Positions 1 to 13,715 of a stretch of DNA of 64,000 nucleotides are shown here, piece by piece. The DNA lies in NCBI RefSeq assembly GCF_020745735.1, contig NC_083431.1, forward strand, positions 20,674,496 through 20,738,495. Direction: 5' to 3'. The translations under genes were made by a program, and so were the position numbers. Position 1 is the stretch's first letter; the number at the start of each line of letters is the position of its first letter. The notes below the pieces were generated by a model. It did not search any database and was not told the origin of the DNA. It saw nothing but the letters and a program-made list of their open reading frames with translations. This DNA is from Hemiscyllium ocellatum. Taxonomy: Eukaryota.

Positions 1-139
1 AGCTGGTGGGACTTAATCTTGGAACTCCTGATCTAGCACACTACCACAAAACCCTCAACTTTTTCAGTCTAGTTATTTTACTCACCCTGTTCAGGGTATG
101 TTTTGGCAAACCTCTAGAGCAGGTAGAATTTGAGCCTAG

Positions 140-430
140 GGGGTGGTGCGGTGGCTCAGTGGTTAGCACTGCTGCCTCACAGCACCAGGGTCCCAGGTTC
201 AATTCCAGCCTCAGGTGACTGTCTGTGTAGAGTTTGCACATTCTCCCCATGTCTGCGTGGGTTTCCTCCCACAGTCCAAAGATGTGCAGGTTAGGTGAAT
301 TGGCCATGCTAAATTGCCCATAGTGTTAGGTGGATTAGTCAGAGTGAAATGGGTCTGGGTGGATTACTCTTTGGAGGAGTGGTTGGACCGAAGGGCCTGT
401 TTCCACACTGTAGGGAATGGAATCTAATCT
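140..430 (+). mobile_element. tRNA-derived V-SINE (HE1-like)
   Basis: A box TGGCTCAGTGG (152-162), B box GGTTCAATTCC (196-206), V-domain-like GTTTGCACATTCTCCCC..GTCTGCGTGGGTTTCCTCC, CR1-type 3' tail. Confidence 0.88.
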
Positions 431-1032
431 CATCCTGATTCAGAGTAGAAACGCTACCACTGTGCCACCAGATCCTTGATTTTCCCACTGTAACCTTTTT
501 GAAAGTTTAATCTATTTTTCCAATCAACCTGTTCAGAGATGTTATTATATGCCTCTGGAGTAGGTGGAACTAGAACCCAGACCACTCTGGTCCAGGGACA
601 GGGACACTACCACTGCATCACAAGAGCCCTGATTTTCTCAGTGTAATACCTCAGCTCAACCATCTTCAGCTGTTTCATAAACCATCCCCATTTTATCACA
701 CAGTTCGAAGTAAGAATGTTAACTGATGATTGCAGAGTTCAGCGTCGTTCATAATTGCTCAGATATTCAGATACAGTAAGAGCTTCACAGTGTTTTTCTG
801 GGCTTTTTGCTCAAAGGACAAACTATTCATCTTCTGGTTCAATCTCGCACCTCCTGATCACTTTGAGTTAAAATTAGCCGTTAAGTGTTAAGCATAAGTA
901 GTTTCAGTGTTAACCATTTACCAAAACACATGAAAACAGGAAGCTGGACACATTCACGGAATTTTGAATAATGTACAGATATATCTTAGCCCTGTAAAAA
1001 ATGCGTAGGAGCATAAATGGTTTTGTTTTATT

Positions 1033-1336
1033 ATAGAATTCATACAGTGTGAAATCAGCCCATTTGGCCCAACAAGTCCACACTGCCCCTTCAAAAGAGT
1101 AACCCACCCAGACCCATTCCCCTGACTAATGCATCTGATCTACACATCCCTGAACACTATGGGCAATTTAAGCATGGCCAATTCACCTAATGTGCACATC
1201 TGTGGACTGCAGGAGGAAACCCATACAGACACAGGGAGAATGCGCAAACTCCACACAGTCGCCTGCGGCTGGAATCAAACCTGTGTCCCTGGCACTGTGA
1301 GGCAACAGTGCTGACCACTGAGCCACTGTGCCACCC
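1033..1336 (-). mobile_element. HE1-like V-SINE
   Basis: Reverse-complement homolog of 140-430. Confidence 0.85.
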
Positions 1337-1400
1337 TATTTAGTCAGTCACACACTGCAGCTGTTCTTTCACATATCTGAAAAGAAGATTGGGTTACATA

Positions 1401-1636
1401 TGAAATATCTCCACAGAGGCTGGTATCCTGTCACCGAGTGAACCTTTATTTACCTGTGGAGAGTCCTTGCCACTGATCCAGCTCTCTCAGAGCCAGCTCT
1501 CAGAGTGAACAGGATGTCTGACACTCCTGTTTTTATCTGTCAGCCAGGGCTTCCTAATTGGTCCAGATTAACAGCCATGGTCAGACATCTCATATTCTAT
1601 GTGGTCCACCTGGCTGACCCCATTACAATCACTACG
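1401..1636 (-). mobile_element. Probable solo LTR
   Basis: Minus strand has a TATA-like ATAAAAA, an AATAAA signal and a ...TTTCA end; no clean TSD. Confidence 0.45.
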
Positions 1637-3030
1637 AAAAGAATGGCAATAGCCCATGTTAACATATAATTTGTCTGTAGGACCACACTCAATGTCACAA
1701 CTATTTAATCATAGCAACAATCTTTCTGACTAACCTCAATTTGCAACTGCTTTTAAAGGTACTAACCTTTACCAGAAAAGTGACTTTGTACTTCCTCAAA
1801 CACAGTGCATGCGTTTTATATCCTGTTTTCATGGGCTAGCCAATTGAGAAACACTACTTTTTGTCTCAGTTCTTTGTTTTGCGAAGTGTAAAATAATTTA
1901 GGTTTTCATTGTGATGAGAAACAGGAAGTATTCCTATAACAGATGTTTAGAAAATCTGGGAGGCCCAGGAGACTGTTGTTGCTATCAAAACCTGATTTTC
2001 CATTCACTAATGGATCGAGTTTAATCTTGTGCTGTTTAGATTTGTGGCATAAACATAACGCAAGAATGATCCTCTCATTTTTTTGAATAATGCTGTATTT
2101 GGAGAACAATGTGAGCACAATAATAAGTTGTAAGGGCAACAAGACTTTAAGTAAGATCCTCAAAAGATTACCCATTTAACACATTAAAATGTGTTTGCTT
2201 GCTGAATGTAAGTGAAACAAAGGATGGTAGAAGTTATTTCATAGCTGAAATATAATCTAGACGTTTGGATAATGCCAAACACCATGAAAGCTAGGAATCT
2301 TGATATCGGATGACTGCTTTACCAGTAGTTAATCCAGAGTACCTACTATTTTTATAAGAGCATGGAAACAGACCCTTCGGTCCAAAACGTCCATGCTGAC
2401 CAAAAGGGAAGAAACAATGAGGCTTTGCCACTTAACACACATTTGTGCACAAAATTGGGACTAATGTTACAATAAAAGTTTAGATCCAGGTTTGAGCTCA
2501 GGGAGATCCTGTCCATCCAATTTCTATATTTATTCGTAAATTTTTATGAGTGAAAATTCACTTTTGGGTTTCGTTTTACACCTGGATGGAAGGTTGATTA
2601 GCTAGTAAGAAACAGAATAGTTTAAATGGGTTATATTCTGGTTGGAAAGTAATTTTTGAAACTCATTGAGACTACAAAGGGATAAGAATAGGCAAAAATT
2701 CAGTGATTCTATGAAAGGGAAAAATGATGTACGATGTGGGAAATTATGAAATTCTCTATTTAGGAAGGAGGGATAAGAAAGAACCATAATATCTTAATTG
2801 TGAGCGATTGTAGAGCTCTGAGGCACAGAGATATCTGGCTGTCCCAGTACATGAAGCACAGAAGGTTAGTATGCAAGTAGAGCAATTAATCTGTAAAGCT
2901 AATGGAATATTACTATTATTTATTGAGAGTGGAATTGAATACAAAAGTGGGGATATTATGCAAGTTATACAGGACATTGGTGAGATCATGAGGATAAATA
3001 GACAAGATCTTTTCCCTGGGCTGGGAGAGT

Positions 3031-3158
3031 AAAAAATGAGGTCTGCAGATGCTGGAGATCACAGCTGCAAATGTGTTGCTGGTCAAAGCACAGCAGGTTA
3101 GGCAGCATCTCAGGAATAGAGAATTCAACGTTTCGAGCATAAGCCCTTCATCAGGAAT
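3031..3158 (-). mobile_element. Short PLE 3'-end element (family A monomer) with intact hammerhead at 3123-3158
   Basis: Minus strand AUUC-CUGAUGA-A-GGGC(UUAU)GCUC-GAAA-CG-UU-GAAU. 11-bp TSD GCTGGGAGAGT at 3020-3030 and 3159-3169. Interrupts a CR1 3' fragment. Confidence 0.88.
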
Positions 3159-3998
3159 GCTGGGAGAGTCCAGAACTAAAGGGCATAGATTTAAGGTGAG
3201 ATGGTAAACATTTAAAAGGGACCTAAGGAGCAATATTTTCATGCAAAAGGTGATGAATGTATGGAATGAACTACCAGAGGAAATGGTAGATGCTGGTACA
3301 ATTGCTACATTTAAAAAGCATCTGGATGGATATATGGATAGGAAGGGTTTAGAGGGATATGGGCCAAGTGTTGGCAATGGGACTAGATTAGTTTAGGATA
3401 TCTGGTTAGCAAAGACGAGTTGGACTGGAGGGTCTGTTTCCGTGCTGTACATCCATATGATTCTACTGTGTATAGTATTGGTCTCATTATGAAGTGAAAC
3501 AGTTAAAAACCAGAAAATGTTTACCAGACTAATACCTTGACTTGAACATTGTCTTTTGAAGAAAGGTTAGGCTGGTCAGGTGGTGGAGTCAGATCAAAAA
3601 GGAAGGAATGTTTCTTCTTTTGAGATAATCTGGATCTAAGTGTCACACATCAAGAATAATGGTTTGACAATTTTAAACAGAGATGAGATTTAATTTTCTC
3701 ACAGAAGGTCATGAGGCATGGGAACTCTGACCCTCAACAAATGGCTGAAGAGTCCTTGAATTTTTTTTTTAAAGAAGCAGATAGAATCTTCACAAGCAAG
3801 TCATGATGGGTTATCAGGAATGGACAGGAATCTGGAGTAATTGGATCAGAATTGATCTTATTGATTGGCAGGCAGAGCAGTATCCAGGAGCCTACTCTTG
3901 GTCCTAATTCATATGTGCAGGGATTATGATGCAGACTGCTCTGTGTAACTCCTGATGTCATTTATCACCTGTAAATTTCAGTTCAGATGTGAGTTCTT

Positions 3999-4311
3999 GG
4001 GTAGCATGGTGGCTCAGTGGTTAGCATTGCTGCCTCACAGCACTAGGGTCCCAGGTTTGATTCCAGCCTTGGGTGACTGTCTGTGTGGAATTTGCATATT
4101 CTCCCTGTGTCTGCATGGGTTTCCTCCAAGTGCTCCGGTTTCTTCCCATAATCCAAAAAATGTGCAGGTCAGGTGAATTGGCCATGCTAAATTGCCCATA
4201 GTGTTAGGTGCATAAGTCAAATGGAATAGGTCTGGGTGGATTACTCTTCGGAGGGTCGTTGTACACTTGTTGGGCCGAAGAGCCTGTTTCCACACATAGG
4301 GAATCTAATCT
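3999..4311 (+). mobile_element. HE1-like V-SINE
   Basis: A/B boxes and V-domain; homologous to 140-430. Confidence 0.88.
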
Positions 4312-4496
4312 TATAAGTTAAAAATAACAGTTAATCGTATATTGGGGAAGTATTCCATTATTTAAGAAATAACTTGGGAATAATTTATATTTTCACAAAA
4401 ATAAGGGGAACCTTGTGGGATTGTCCTCTTAATCTGAGCATCTTTCACAATGGAATTTAGAGACATTTGATACGTTCCACCAATTTTGGGTACCAT

Positions 4497-4760
4497 GGGG
4501 CAGCACGGTGGCTCAGTGGTTAGCTGCCTCACAGTGCCAGGGTCCCGGGGTCGAGTCCCACCTCAGATGACTGTCTGTGTGGAGTTTGCATGTTCTCCCT
4601 GTGTCTACGTGGGTTTACTCTGGGTGCTCTGGTTTCCTCCTACACTCCAAAGATGTGCAGGTCAGATGAATTGGCCATGCTCAGTTGCCCATTGTGTTAG
4701 GTGTGTTAGAAAGGGGTAAATATATGGTAGGGGAATGAGTCTGGATGCGTTGCTCTTCAG
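4497..4760 (+). mobile_element. HE1-like V-SINE, 3'-truncated
   Basis: A/B boxes and V-domain. Confidence 0.82.
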
Positions 4761-6963
4761 ATATGTACAGCTGTCTTCTCTTGGAGTCCTTCTTTGCAGC
4801 ACAATCTTGTCAGGTTAGAGACCAGTCATGTTCTGTTTTCAGGTAGTAATTGTTATATTCTGACATATATTTTTCATGACACACTGTAAAGCTTTCAGAC
4901 ATTTAAATAGCTTTCCACTGTATTAGTGAATGAGTAAAAGTGAGGCAAATGTGTAGGGAGTAGAGTAAGTGGGAAGTTGAGTGGGAATCATTTGGATAGG
5001 ACAGCAGGGTTGTTCAAGCTGTGAAGACAGCTCAGAGAGGTGTCAGAGCTTTAGAAGGAGTTTCAGAGTGTCAGGTAGGGATTTGGAGAATCAACAGAGT
5101 TGGAAGGTTGTAGTGTATAGTATGTGGTTGTCAGATTTCCAGAATGGGAGGGGTCACAAGTAATCAGAAGCTTGCAGAGTCAGGGCTAAAGTTGGTGAGT
5201 CGGGTGGAGTCGGGGGTCGGGTATCAGGAAGACATTGGGTGTATCAGTTCTGCAGTTCCCCAGAAAAGCTAAACATGTTTTTGCTCTGTCTGATTTTTCC
5301 TGTATAAGAATCCAGGTAAATAAGTCAAATCTGTCCTAAGTTTCCAATTCTAATTCCAAGATGGAGTCAGTTGTGTGGGATCATGGGAATTGACCATCTA
5401 GTGTTTAATCTTGCTGAGCAATTTCCTTGGAGTCAGTTCATCAAAACATCTAAGAAGTCTGGGTGCATATACTTTCAGTCTCTGATATCATAGCATTGAC
5501 TAAGATAGGGATAGTGGCATGTCCATAAATATACTGTAGCTCCCACAGCGCAAATTCACCCCATAACATCCTTTCACTCAATAATCTCCATCTCCAGTCC
5601 TACACTCCTTTCTTTCCCCATTGCCTCTCCCGACTCCATTTCCTCTCTTCCACCTGGCCATTCATTCACTCTCTCCCTCAGCAATGGCCTCTCCCCACTA
5701 AACCTCAGGGATTGTTGACTGGTTTAATTTCTAAACTGTCCAAACTGACTGTAGGTTTTCATGAAGACAAGATCCAGCTTGGTTGTGGTAGATGCTGCAT
5801 GCCAATGACCTCGTGGTACAAATACAAACCTGAATATTAGACCATGTTTATCATGGCTTAAACCTTTGAAAACTTTCCCCTTTAAGGTGGTAACATCTTC
5901 AGGAGAATAGGTGTGAGTGCAAACTTGTTGACAGAAAAGCATGGAGTATGATCTCAGCCCAGCAATCCTCTTGCAAATTGGCAACAAAATAAAGCAGCAG
6001 ATGAAGGGAGTAAAATTATTAAATGCAACTGCAATAATATGATGAAATGCCAAAACATTCTGCCTCCAATACTTGAATGCTTCCTTTAAGTAATTAATTC
6101 TGGAAAGGTATTATTTTAAAAGCTCGATTTTGAGACTGAATTATTTTGTAAGTGAATCAGTGTTAAAGAAGTGTACCAAAAGTGTATCAAGGAAGCACAA
6201 TGTCCGTGTGAGTTCCTGCAATTGCTTGCTTCTGATTTTTGTTTTGAGTTTAGCAACTGCACATTAGAAACCAGCCACAGTTCTAAATATGTTACTGCAG
6301 GTTTTATTGCGGTTCCACTCATTTCCTCAACAGCTTTGAGCTTTTTACTAATGGCCTTCACTCTTTGTCACGACAACATCCTGTGTTTTCATTCACCACA
6401 CTTCTTTTCTGTCAGGGCTTCTTGAGTTCAGCCAGTCGGCTGGAATTTATTGGGGTGGGGGACATGAGGAAGTGTGGTGGAAGAGCAGTTTCCTTTGCTG
6501 ACTGCTCAGAAAGCTGGCCTTGTTCATGACTACTTCCCCTTCCCTTTTGTTTTGCATTTTTCATTGTCTCCTTGTTGATAAAACCTTTGGCATGAGCTAA
6601 TGTTTCCCCTACAAGCTGCAATCATTGGCACACAAGTCTTTATTTCTATACATAGCTGACTCTTTTAAAAAATTGTTTTTCAATTTTCTTATTGTTCCAT
6701 TTTTGCATTCCTCCTACTGACCTGGTTTGGGATTTCACACCGTGTCTTTCAGTTATTAGAAACAGGCTTTCTTTCAGTGTGATATTCATCTCATATTTGA
6801 TTGCAGCATTGTTAGTGGGTGAAACTGACAGAAGAGAAGCTCAAACTTCTTTCTGGCCTTGCAAAGCAATTAAAAACAGATGTGTCTATTTAGGCCTCCT
6901 CTGGGGTACAGCTCCTCTTCCACCTGTTCAAATTGTGGTCAATGATTATTCGATCCTAAATTG

Positions 6964-8084
6964 GAGAAAATGAGGACTACAGATGCTGGAGATCAGAATT
7001 GAGAGTGTGGTGCTGGAAGAGCACAGCGGGTCAGGCAGCTTCCAAGAAGAAGGAGAATCAACATTTCGGACATAAGGTCTTCATCAGGAATGAGGGCCAG
7101 TGGGCTGAGAGATAAGTGGGAGGGGGAGTGGGGCTGGAAGGGAGGTAGCTGAGAATGCGATAGGTAAATGAAGGTGAGAGGTCAGAGAGGAGGGTGGAGC
7201 AGTTAGGTGGGAAGGAAGATGGACAGGTCACGAGGGTGGTGCCGAGTTGAAGGCTTGGGACTGGGATAATATTGGGGGAGGGGAAATGAGGGAAGTGTTG
7301 AAATCCACATTGATCCCATGTGGTTGCAGGGTCCAAAAGCGAATATGAGGCATTCTTTCTCCAAGCATTGGGTGGTAGAGGTTTGCCGATGGATGAGGCC
7401 CAGGACCTGCATGTCCTTGTCAGAGTGGGAGGGGGAGTTGAAGTGTTCAGCCATGGGGTGATGGGCTTGGCTGGTGCGAGTATCCCAGAGATGTTCTCTG
7501 AAACGATCCGCAAGGAGACGTCTTGTCTTCCTGGTGGAGAGGAGGCCACATCAGGTGCAGTGGATACAGTAGATAACATTGGTGAAAATACAGGTAAATT
7601 TCTGTTGGATGTGGAAGGATCCTTTGGGGCCTTGGGCAGATGTGAGAGGAGTGGTGTGGGCGCAGGTTTTGCACTGCATGGGAAGGTGCTGGAAGTGAAG
7701 TGTGGGCTGGTAGGGGAGTGTGGACATGACGAGGAAATCGTGGAGGGAATGGTCTCTCAGGAACACTGATGGGGCGGGGAGGGAAAATTATATCTGGTGG
7801 TGTCAATTTGTAGGTGGCAGAAGTGGCGGAGGATAATGCAATGTATGCAGAGTTGGTGGGGTGGAAGATGAGGACTAGTGGCGTTCTATCTTTCCCAGAT
7901 GGTTTCATTCTTCCAAGATCACAATTTCCCTTCCAACGTGGTTGAGGATGCCATCCAATGCATCTCCTCCATTTCCCGTTCAACTGCCCTTGAACCCACC
8001 CCTCCCAATGTAACAAGGACAGAACCCCACTGGTCCTTGGATGCTGCCTAACCCACTGTTCTTTTCCAGCATCACACTCTTGAC
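6964..8084 (-). mobile_element. Decayed Neptune-type Penelope-like element with an inverted 5' segment
   Basis: Minus-strand frames give CKTCAH...FTCIFTNVIYCIHC and AEHFNSPSH, homologous to the 31-kb copy. About 7893-8084 is in the opposite orientation. Degenerate TSD (12/15) at 6949-6963 and 8085-8099. Confidence 0.88.
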
Positions 8085-8389
8085 TTCGATTCCAACTTGT
8101 TAAGATAGAAAATGCAATCAGCTTCAGGGAGCAGGCTTTGTCATTTGCTCAGGAGAACAGTAAAGATAAAATGCTTGATGGAAAATTCCAGGATATTGAC
8201 CATAACAAAGGAATAGTGATAATTCTTTTTCCTTTCCCTCCCCATAAGGGTGGGCACCACAGCTGGTTTGGGCATCCACCCAAAAGGCAGTATTACCCAG
8301 TGTGATGGGATTTGAGTAAGGGTCAGACAATCCTTATAAAACTTGTGGGTATTCTGCATTGGCCTTGTGGGCAAGAAAGTGTCATAGAC

Positions 8390-10050
8390 ATTTGGAGACT
8401 AGGACCTCTGTTTTGCCAAGTGGGCAAAAATCTTTCAGATGAAATTTAATGGGGGGAACTGTGAGGTCATACATTTTGATAGAAAGGAGGAAAAGTAAAA
8501 CTGTCATTTAAACGGAGAGAGACTCTAAAGTGCAGCACAAAGGAATCTGGGTGTTCTTGGGGTATGAATCACAAAAAGTTAGCCTGAAGGTGTAGAAAAA
8601 TTTAACAAGATAAATACCCTTTTTTGACTTCATTTTTGGGGTTTGGAACTTAAAAATGGGAAAGTCTTGTTACAGCTATGTAGGGTGTTGGTGAGGCCAA
8701 ACCTGGAATGCTGTGTACAGTTTTGGTGTTGGTATTGAAGAAAGGACATACTAGCATGAAAGGCAGTTCAAAAAAGATTCAATTGGCTACTTTCTGGGAT
8801 GAAGTGGTTGACTTATCAAGAACGTCTGCAGGAACAATGTTGTGAAACGTCAAAAGGTTCAGAAAGGATTTACAAGGATATTGCTAGGGCTGAAGGGTTT
8901 GAGCTATAGGGAGAGATTGAATAGGTTGGGGCTGTTTTCCTTGGAGCATCGGAGGCTGAGGGGTGACCTTTATAGATGTTTATAAAATCATGAGGGGCAT
9001 GGATAGGATAAGTAGTCAAGATCTTTTCTTCCCAGGGTAGGGGAGTCCAAAACTAGAGGGCATGAGTTTAAGGTAAGAGGGGAAAGATTTAAAAGGGACC
9101 TAAGGGGCAACTTTTACATGCAGAGGATGGTGCATGTATGAAATGAGCTGCTAGAGGAAGTGATGGAGGCTGGTACAATTACAGCATTTAAAAGGCATCT
9201 GGATGGGTACGTGAATAGAAAGACGATAGAGGGATATGGGCCAAATGCAGGCAAATAGGACTACCTTAATTTGTCTCTGTGCCTCTGTATCCTGGAACAC
9301 AGAAGCACCGCTGGTCATCACCATCAATGACTATGAACTCAATGTCATCCATCAGTTTGCGTACCTTGGCTATACCATCATTGACAACCTCTCCTTGGGC
9401 ACAGTGATCGACAAGAGGATCAGGAAAGCAGCCTTAACTCTTGCTTGCCCCACGATTCAAGTGTGGACATCCCAAGTTGACAGCGAAGACAAAACTGTCA
9501 GACTACAATGCCTGCATGATAAGCATGCTGCTGTACGGCAGTGAAATGTGGACTACATATGCCAGACAGGACAGAAGACTGAACACCTTCCAGTTGAGGA
9601 GTATCCGCTGTATCCTGGGCATATCCTGCCAAGACAGAGTGTCCAACACAGTGGTCCTATCTAATGTTGGCCTTCCCAGCATGTACACTCTGCTCAGGCA
9701 GCAGAGCTTGCATGGAGAATGGCCACATCTGGGTGGGCATGGATGAGTTGGACTGAAGGGTCTGTTTCTATTCTGTACATCTGTACGACTCTGTGACTCT
9801 CCGACGCTTTGGCATGAAGGATGGTCTTATTGAAATGTGCAAGATTTTTATCGGCTAGATGTTGAGAAGATGTTTCCAATAGTAGGGGAATCTCAAACTA
9901 AGGGGCATGTTGATAAAATCAGGGGACATTTGCATATAATTAATTAATATACGAAGGAATTTCTTCTCTTGGAAGGTAGTGAATGTCTAGCAAGACCCTA
10001 GAGCGTCCTGGAGGCCAGATCACTCTCAGTATTTAATGAGGAGCTAGATA
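8390..10050 (+). mobile_element. Nested CR1 fragments containing an RTE fragment
   Basis: CR1 3' motifs (AGGCTGAGGGGTGACCTT, AAAACTAGAGGGCAT); a second CR1 starts at about 8826. Confidence 0.8.
9300..9715 (+). mobile_element. RTE-clade LINE fragment
   Basis: FAYLG...KTKLSDYNAC...LLYGSEMW...RLNTFQLRSIRCILGISCQDRVSN..VL, the RTE C-terminal signature. Confidence 0.85.
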
Positions 10051-11287
10051 ATTTGTTTTGAAAATATGTCAGAGCCACTCAACCTAAAACAAACCCACAG
10101 TTTGACACAATGCAAGGCTAGTAGCTCTGCACTTGCAACTCCTTTGTACCATCACTTAAAATTGGACAATCATGTGATACTTAGTTCTGTTACACTGAAA
10201 TATGAACACTCTGGGGCTAGCAGATAGGCTGGCTTTGTTTATTTTGCAAAACAATGTGAACCAGTTTACATGAATCCTGTTGAATAACCACAGGAAATGA
10301 AAATGTGAACATCATGTCTAATGAACGTCACGTTTGGTACTTGAGCAGAATTACATTACACTGACTGAACTTTGTCAAGAAACTATCTTTCAGATAGGTG
10401 CACATTAAAACAAAACAGCCCAGTGTTTCAATATAAACAATGAAAAGGACACCAGATAGACATTAATTTTTTAAGTTCATTATTGGAGAATATCTTTACA
10501 GTGTCACAGAATTGTTACACTGCAAACTGAGACCATTTAGCCCCTTGCTCCAGCTCTTCGAAGGCCTAAGACCAATCTCCTGTTTTCTCTCCATATCCTT
10601 GCACACTATTTCTATCCAAATAATCATACAAAGCCCTCTTGAATGTCTAAATTGAACCTTCCACCAGCCTATTTTCAGGCAATGAATTCTATACCTGAAT
10701 ATTCACTACGTGAAAAGATTTTTTTCTTCTCCATCACCCTTGCTTCTTTTGCAAATCACTTTCAATCCCTCTTGTTCTTGTCCCTTTTCTAGCAGGAAAA
10801 GCATCTCCTTATTCACTCTTTCCAGCCCACTCATGACTGTCAAATCCTCTATCAAATCTCTTCTTTGAAAAGAGAACAGTTCCAATTCTTTAATCTATCC
10901 TCATAATGAAATTTCTCATTCCTAGAGCCATTTGTGCACTCTTGCCAATGCATTCACTTCTTTCTATAATGTGACACCCACAACTGTACACAACATTCCA
11001 GCTGAAGTCTGGCAAGTCTAACATCACCTCCTTCCTCTTGTATCCTATGGTCCTATTAAAAGAGTTGAGAATACTGTACGCTTTAGTACCTGCTCTTTCC
11101 ATCTGGCCTGCTACCTTCAGTGAACTGTGTACATATATATACCCAGATTCCTCTACTCTGTCACCTCTTTAAAATTGTACCCCTTATTTTGTATTGTCTT
11201 TCAAACTTCTTCCCACCAAAGTACTTCACCTCACAGTTCTCTGCTTTAAACCTCATCTGCCTCTTATCTGCCCATTCCTTCAACTTC

Positions 11288-11408
11288 GAGAAAGTGAGGA
11301 CTGCAGATGCTGGAGATTCAGAGTCGAAAAGTGTGCCACTAGAAAATCATAGCAGTTCAGGCAGTATCTGAGGAGTAGGAGAGTCGATGTTTCAGGCATA
11401 AGTCCTTC
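11288..11408 (-). mobile_element. PLE family A monomer with decayed hammerhead
   Basis: GAGAAAGTGAGGACTGCAGATGCTGGAGA terminus shared with the other copies; inserted in a CR1 fragment. Confidence 0.8.
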
Positions 11409-13134
11409 CACCAACTTGTCAATTATGTTTTTCAAGTTCCACACTGCCCTCCTCAGTTTATAAACTCCTAATTGTTGTGTCATCTGTAAACTTTGAAATT
11501 ATCTCATGCACACAAAGCTGCAGATCGTTATTGTATATCAGGGACAGGAAGGGTTCCAATACCAATCCCCAGGGAACTCAGCAACAAACCTTCATCCAGC
11601 CCCAAAAAATTCTTTGACCATTAATCTCTGTTTCCTATCATTCAGCTAATTTTATAACCATATTTGGGAGAAAGAAACAAAATATTTTTTATGGGAGTTA
11701 GTACTAGTCCAGCCCCTCCTACAACCTTCTTTGTTAAAATGTGACTAAGAGAAAGGTCAGAGTTTAAATATTCTGTGGTGAGTGGCGTACCTCATGACTT
11801 CTCAAAGTCCTTCCACTCCCTCCAACACCAGCGCACTGTGGTGGTGGTGTGTGCTATCCACAGGATACACTGTTGCAACTTTGCAAGACATCTTCAACAT
11901 CTTCTCAAACCTGTGACCTCCACCACTTAGAAGGAGTTCTTTTTATGGCTTTTGTCTGATAACATGAAGGATTTTGAATATTTTTACTGCTTTAAAGACG
12001 CCATGCAAGTGGAAACAAAACGGAAATTGCTGGAAAAGTTCAGCAGGTCTGGCAGCATTAGTGGAAAGACATAAGAGTTAAAGTTTCAGGTCCAGTGAGC
12101 CCTCCTAGAACAGAAGTTCTGTAATTAGAAATTTTTGACGCTTTTTTGAAACACAATTAGTGATGTTCTCTCAGTTTGTATACAGCCCAAGTTTTGGGTT
12201 GCTCCCATAACTAGCTCCACATTGTCAAAGCTACATTTGGACTGCATTTTCTGAGCGTAAACAAAGTGTTACGTATAGGAACTCTCTTAATGTATCAACA
12301 CCACAGCATCACATTTAATGTTTCAATGTAAGGTCTTTAATATATGGAATGCAGGTATACTTTTCAGTACACGGTCTATGTGACATGGTTCTGGAATATA
12401 ACTCGATCAGGTAATATGGAAATCCTAAAATAGATCTACTGACCTGGTCAGCTGTATTGTTTGACTGATTTGACCCAGATTAACAGTTGATGTTGCCGCA
12501 GTTGTAGATAACTAGAGTAAGTTTAAACCAGACAATGGTTAACAAATTAAAGAGAACATAATTTGAATTCAATTAATCAATCTCCTCTTGCAAAACTGGG
12601 GTGAGTTGCTGCATATTGTAAACCGAAACAAAAAGTGTTTAAGGTGAACGCCTTAGCTAGTGCCCCACAGATTTTTTAGTCAATCTGTTCAGGAATGCTC
12701 TTCTACACCCTCTGGAGCAGGTCAGACATGAACCCTGGACCCCGGCTTAAAACTACCACTATGCCACAAGAGCCCTTCAAAATAATTTATAAGTATTTTC
12801 TAATTTTAAATAATTTATTGCTGGATTATCAAATACAATTCATGTGTGATAAACAAGAATAATAGGAAGAGTTTCATTTGCAACTTGCTAATTGGGTGCT
12901 ATGATCCTTAGGAATTAGTGAGGATTAGGGATTGTATAAACAGCTCAAGTATGATTGACCGGCCTTTACAAAAGTGCTTGCTATTGACATACAACTGGCT
13001 TGTGTAATGAAGCTTAAAATGTCAATTTTATACCATTTAAGCACTGGATATAAATATTCTGTTGATAACAGAGGGAGTTAGCATAACATCAGAACTAGAA
13101 TATTACTGTCAAATTAGATCATATATCTGATTAG

Positions 13135-13715
13135 AACAGAGGTCATGTTGCAGCTGCACAGGACATTGGTTAGGCCACCTTAGAATACTGCATTCAAATC
13201 TGGTTTTCTTGCTGTAGGAAGGATGTGGTTAAACTTGGAAGAGTTTAGAAAAGATTTACAAGGATGATGCCAGGATTGACGGCTTTGAACTATAGGAAGA
13301 AGCTGAATAGGCTGAGGCTGTTTTCGCTGGATGGTCAGCGGTTGAGAGTTGACCTTATAGAGGTTTATAAGATCATGAGGAGCATGGATAGGGTAAATAG
13401 TCAAGATTTTTTCCCAGGGTAGGGGAATCCAAAACTAGAGGGCATAGGTTTAAGGTGAGAGGGGAAAGATTTAAAAGGCATCTAGGGGCAACTTTTTTAT
13501 GCCAGTGTGGTGCGTGTATGGAATGATCTGCTAGAGGAAGTGGTGGAGGCTGGTACAATTACAGCATTTAAAAGGCATCTGGATGGAGATATGAATAGGA
13601 AAGTTTTGAAGGGATATGGACCAAATGCTGACAAATGGAACTACATTAATTTAGGAAGAACTGGATGAGTTGGACCGAAGAGTCTGTTTCTGTGGTGTAC
13701 ATGTCTATGACTCTG
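13135..13715 (+). mobile_element. CR1 (HER1-like) 3' fragment; similar fragments at about 2600-3470(+), 10500-11660(-), 25050-25620(+), 32381-32875(+), 59330-59800(-)
   Basis: Recurrent 3'-end sequence ending GGACCGAAG.GTCTGTTTC...CTATGACTCT. Confidence 0.82.

Noticed and set aside
140-215. Genuine tRNA genes at SINE heads
   Set aside because: The A/B boxes run into V-domain or SINE bodies and do not give a complete cloverleaf.
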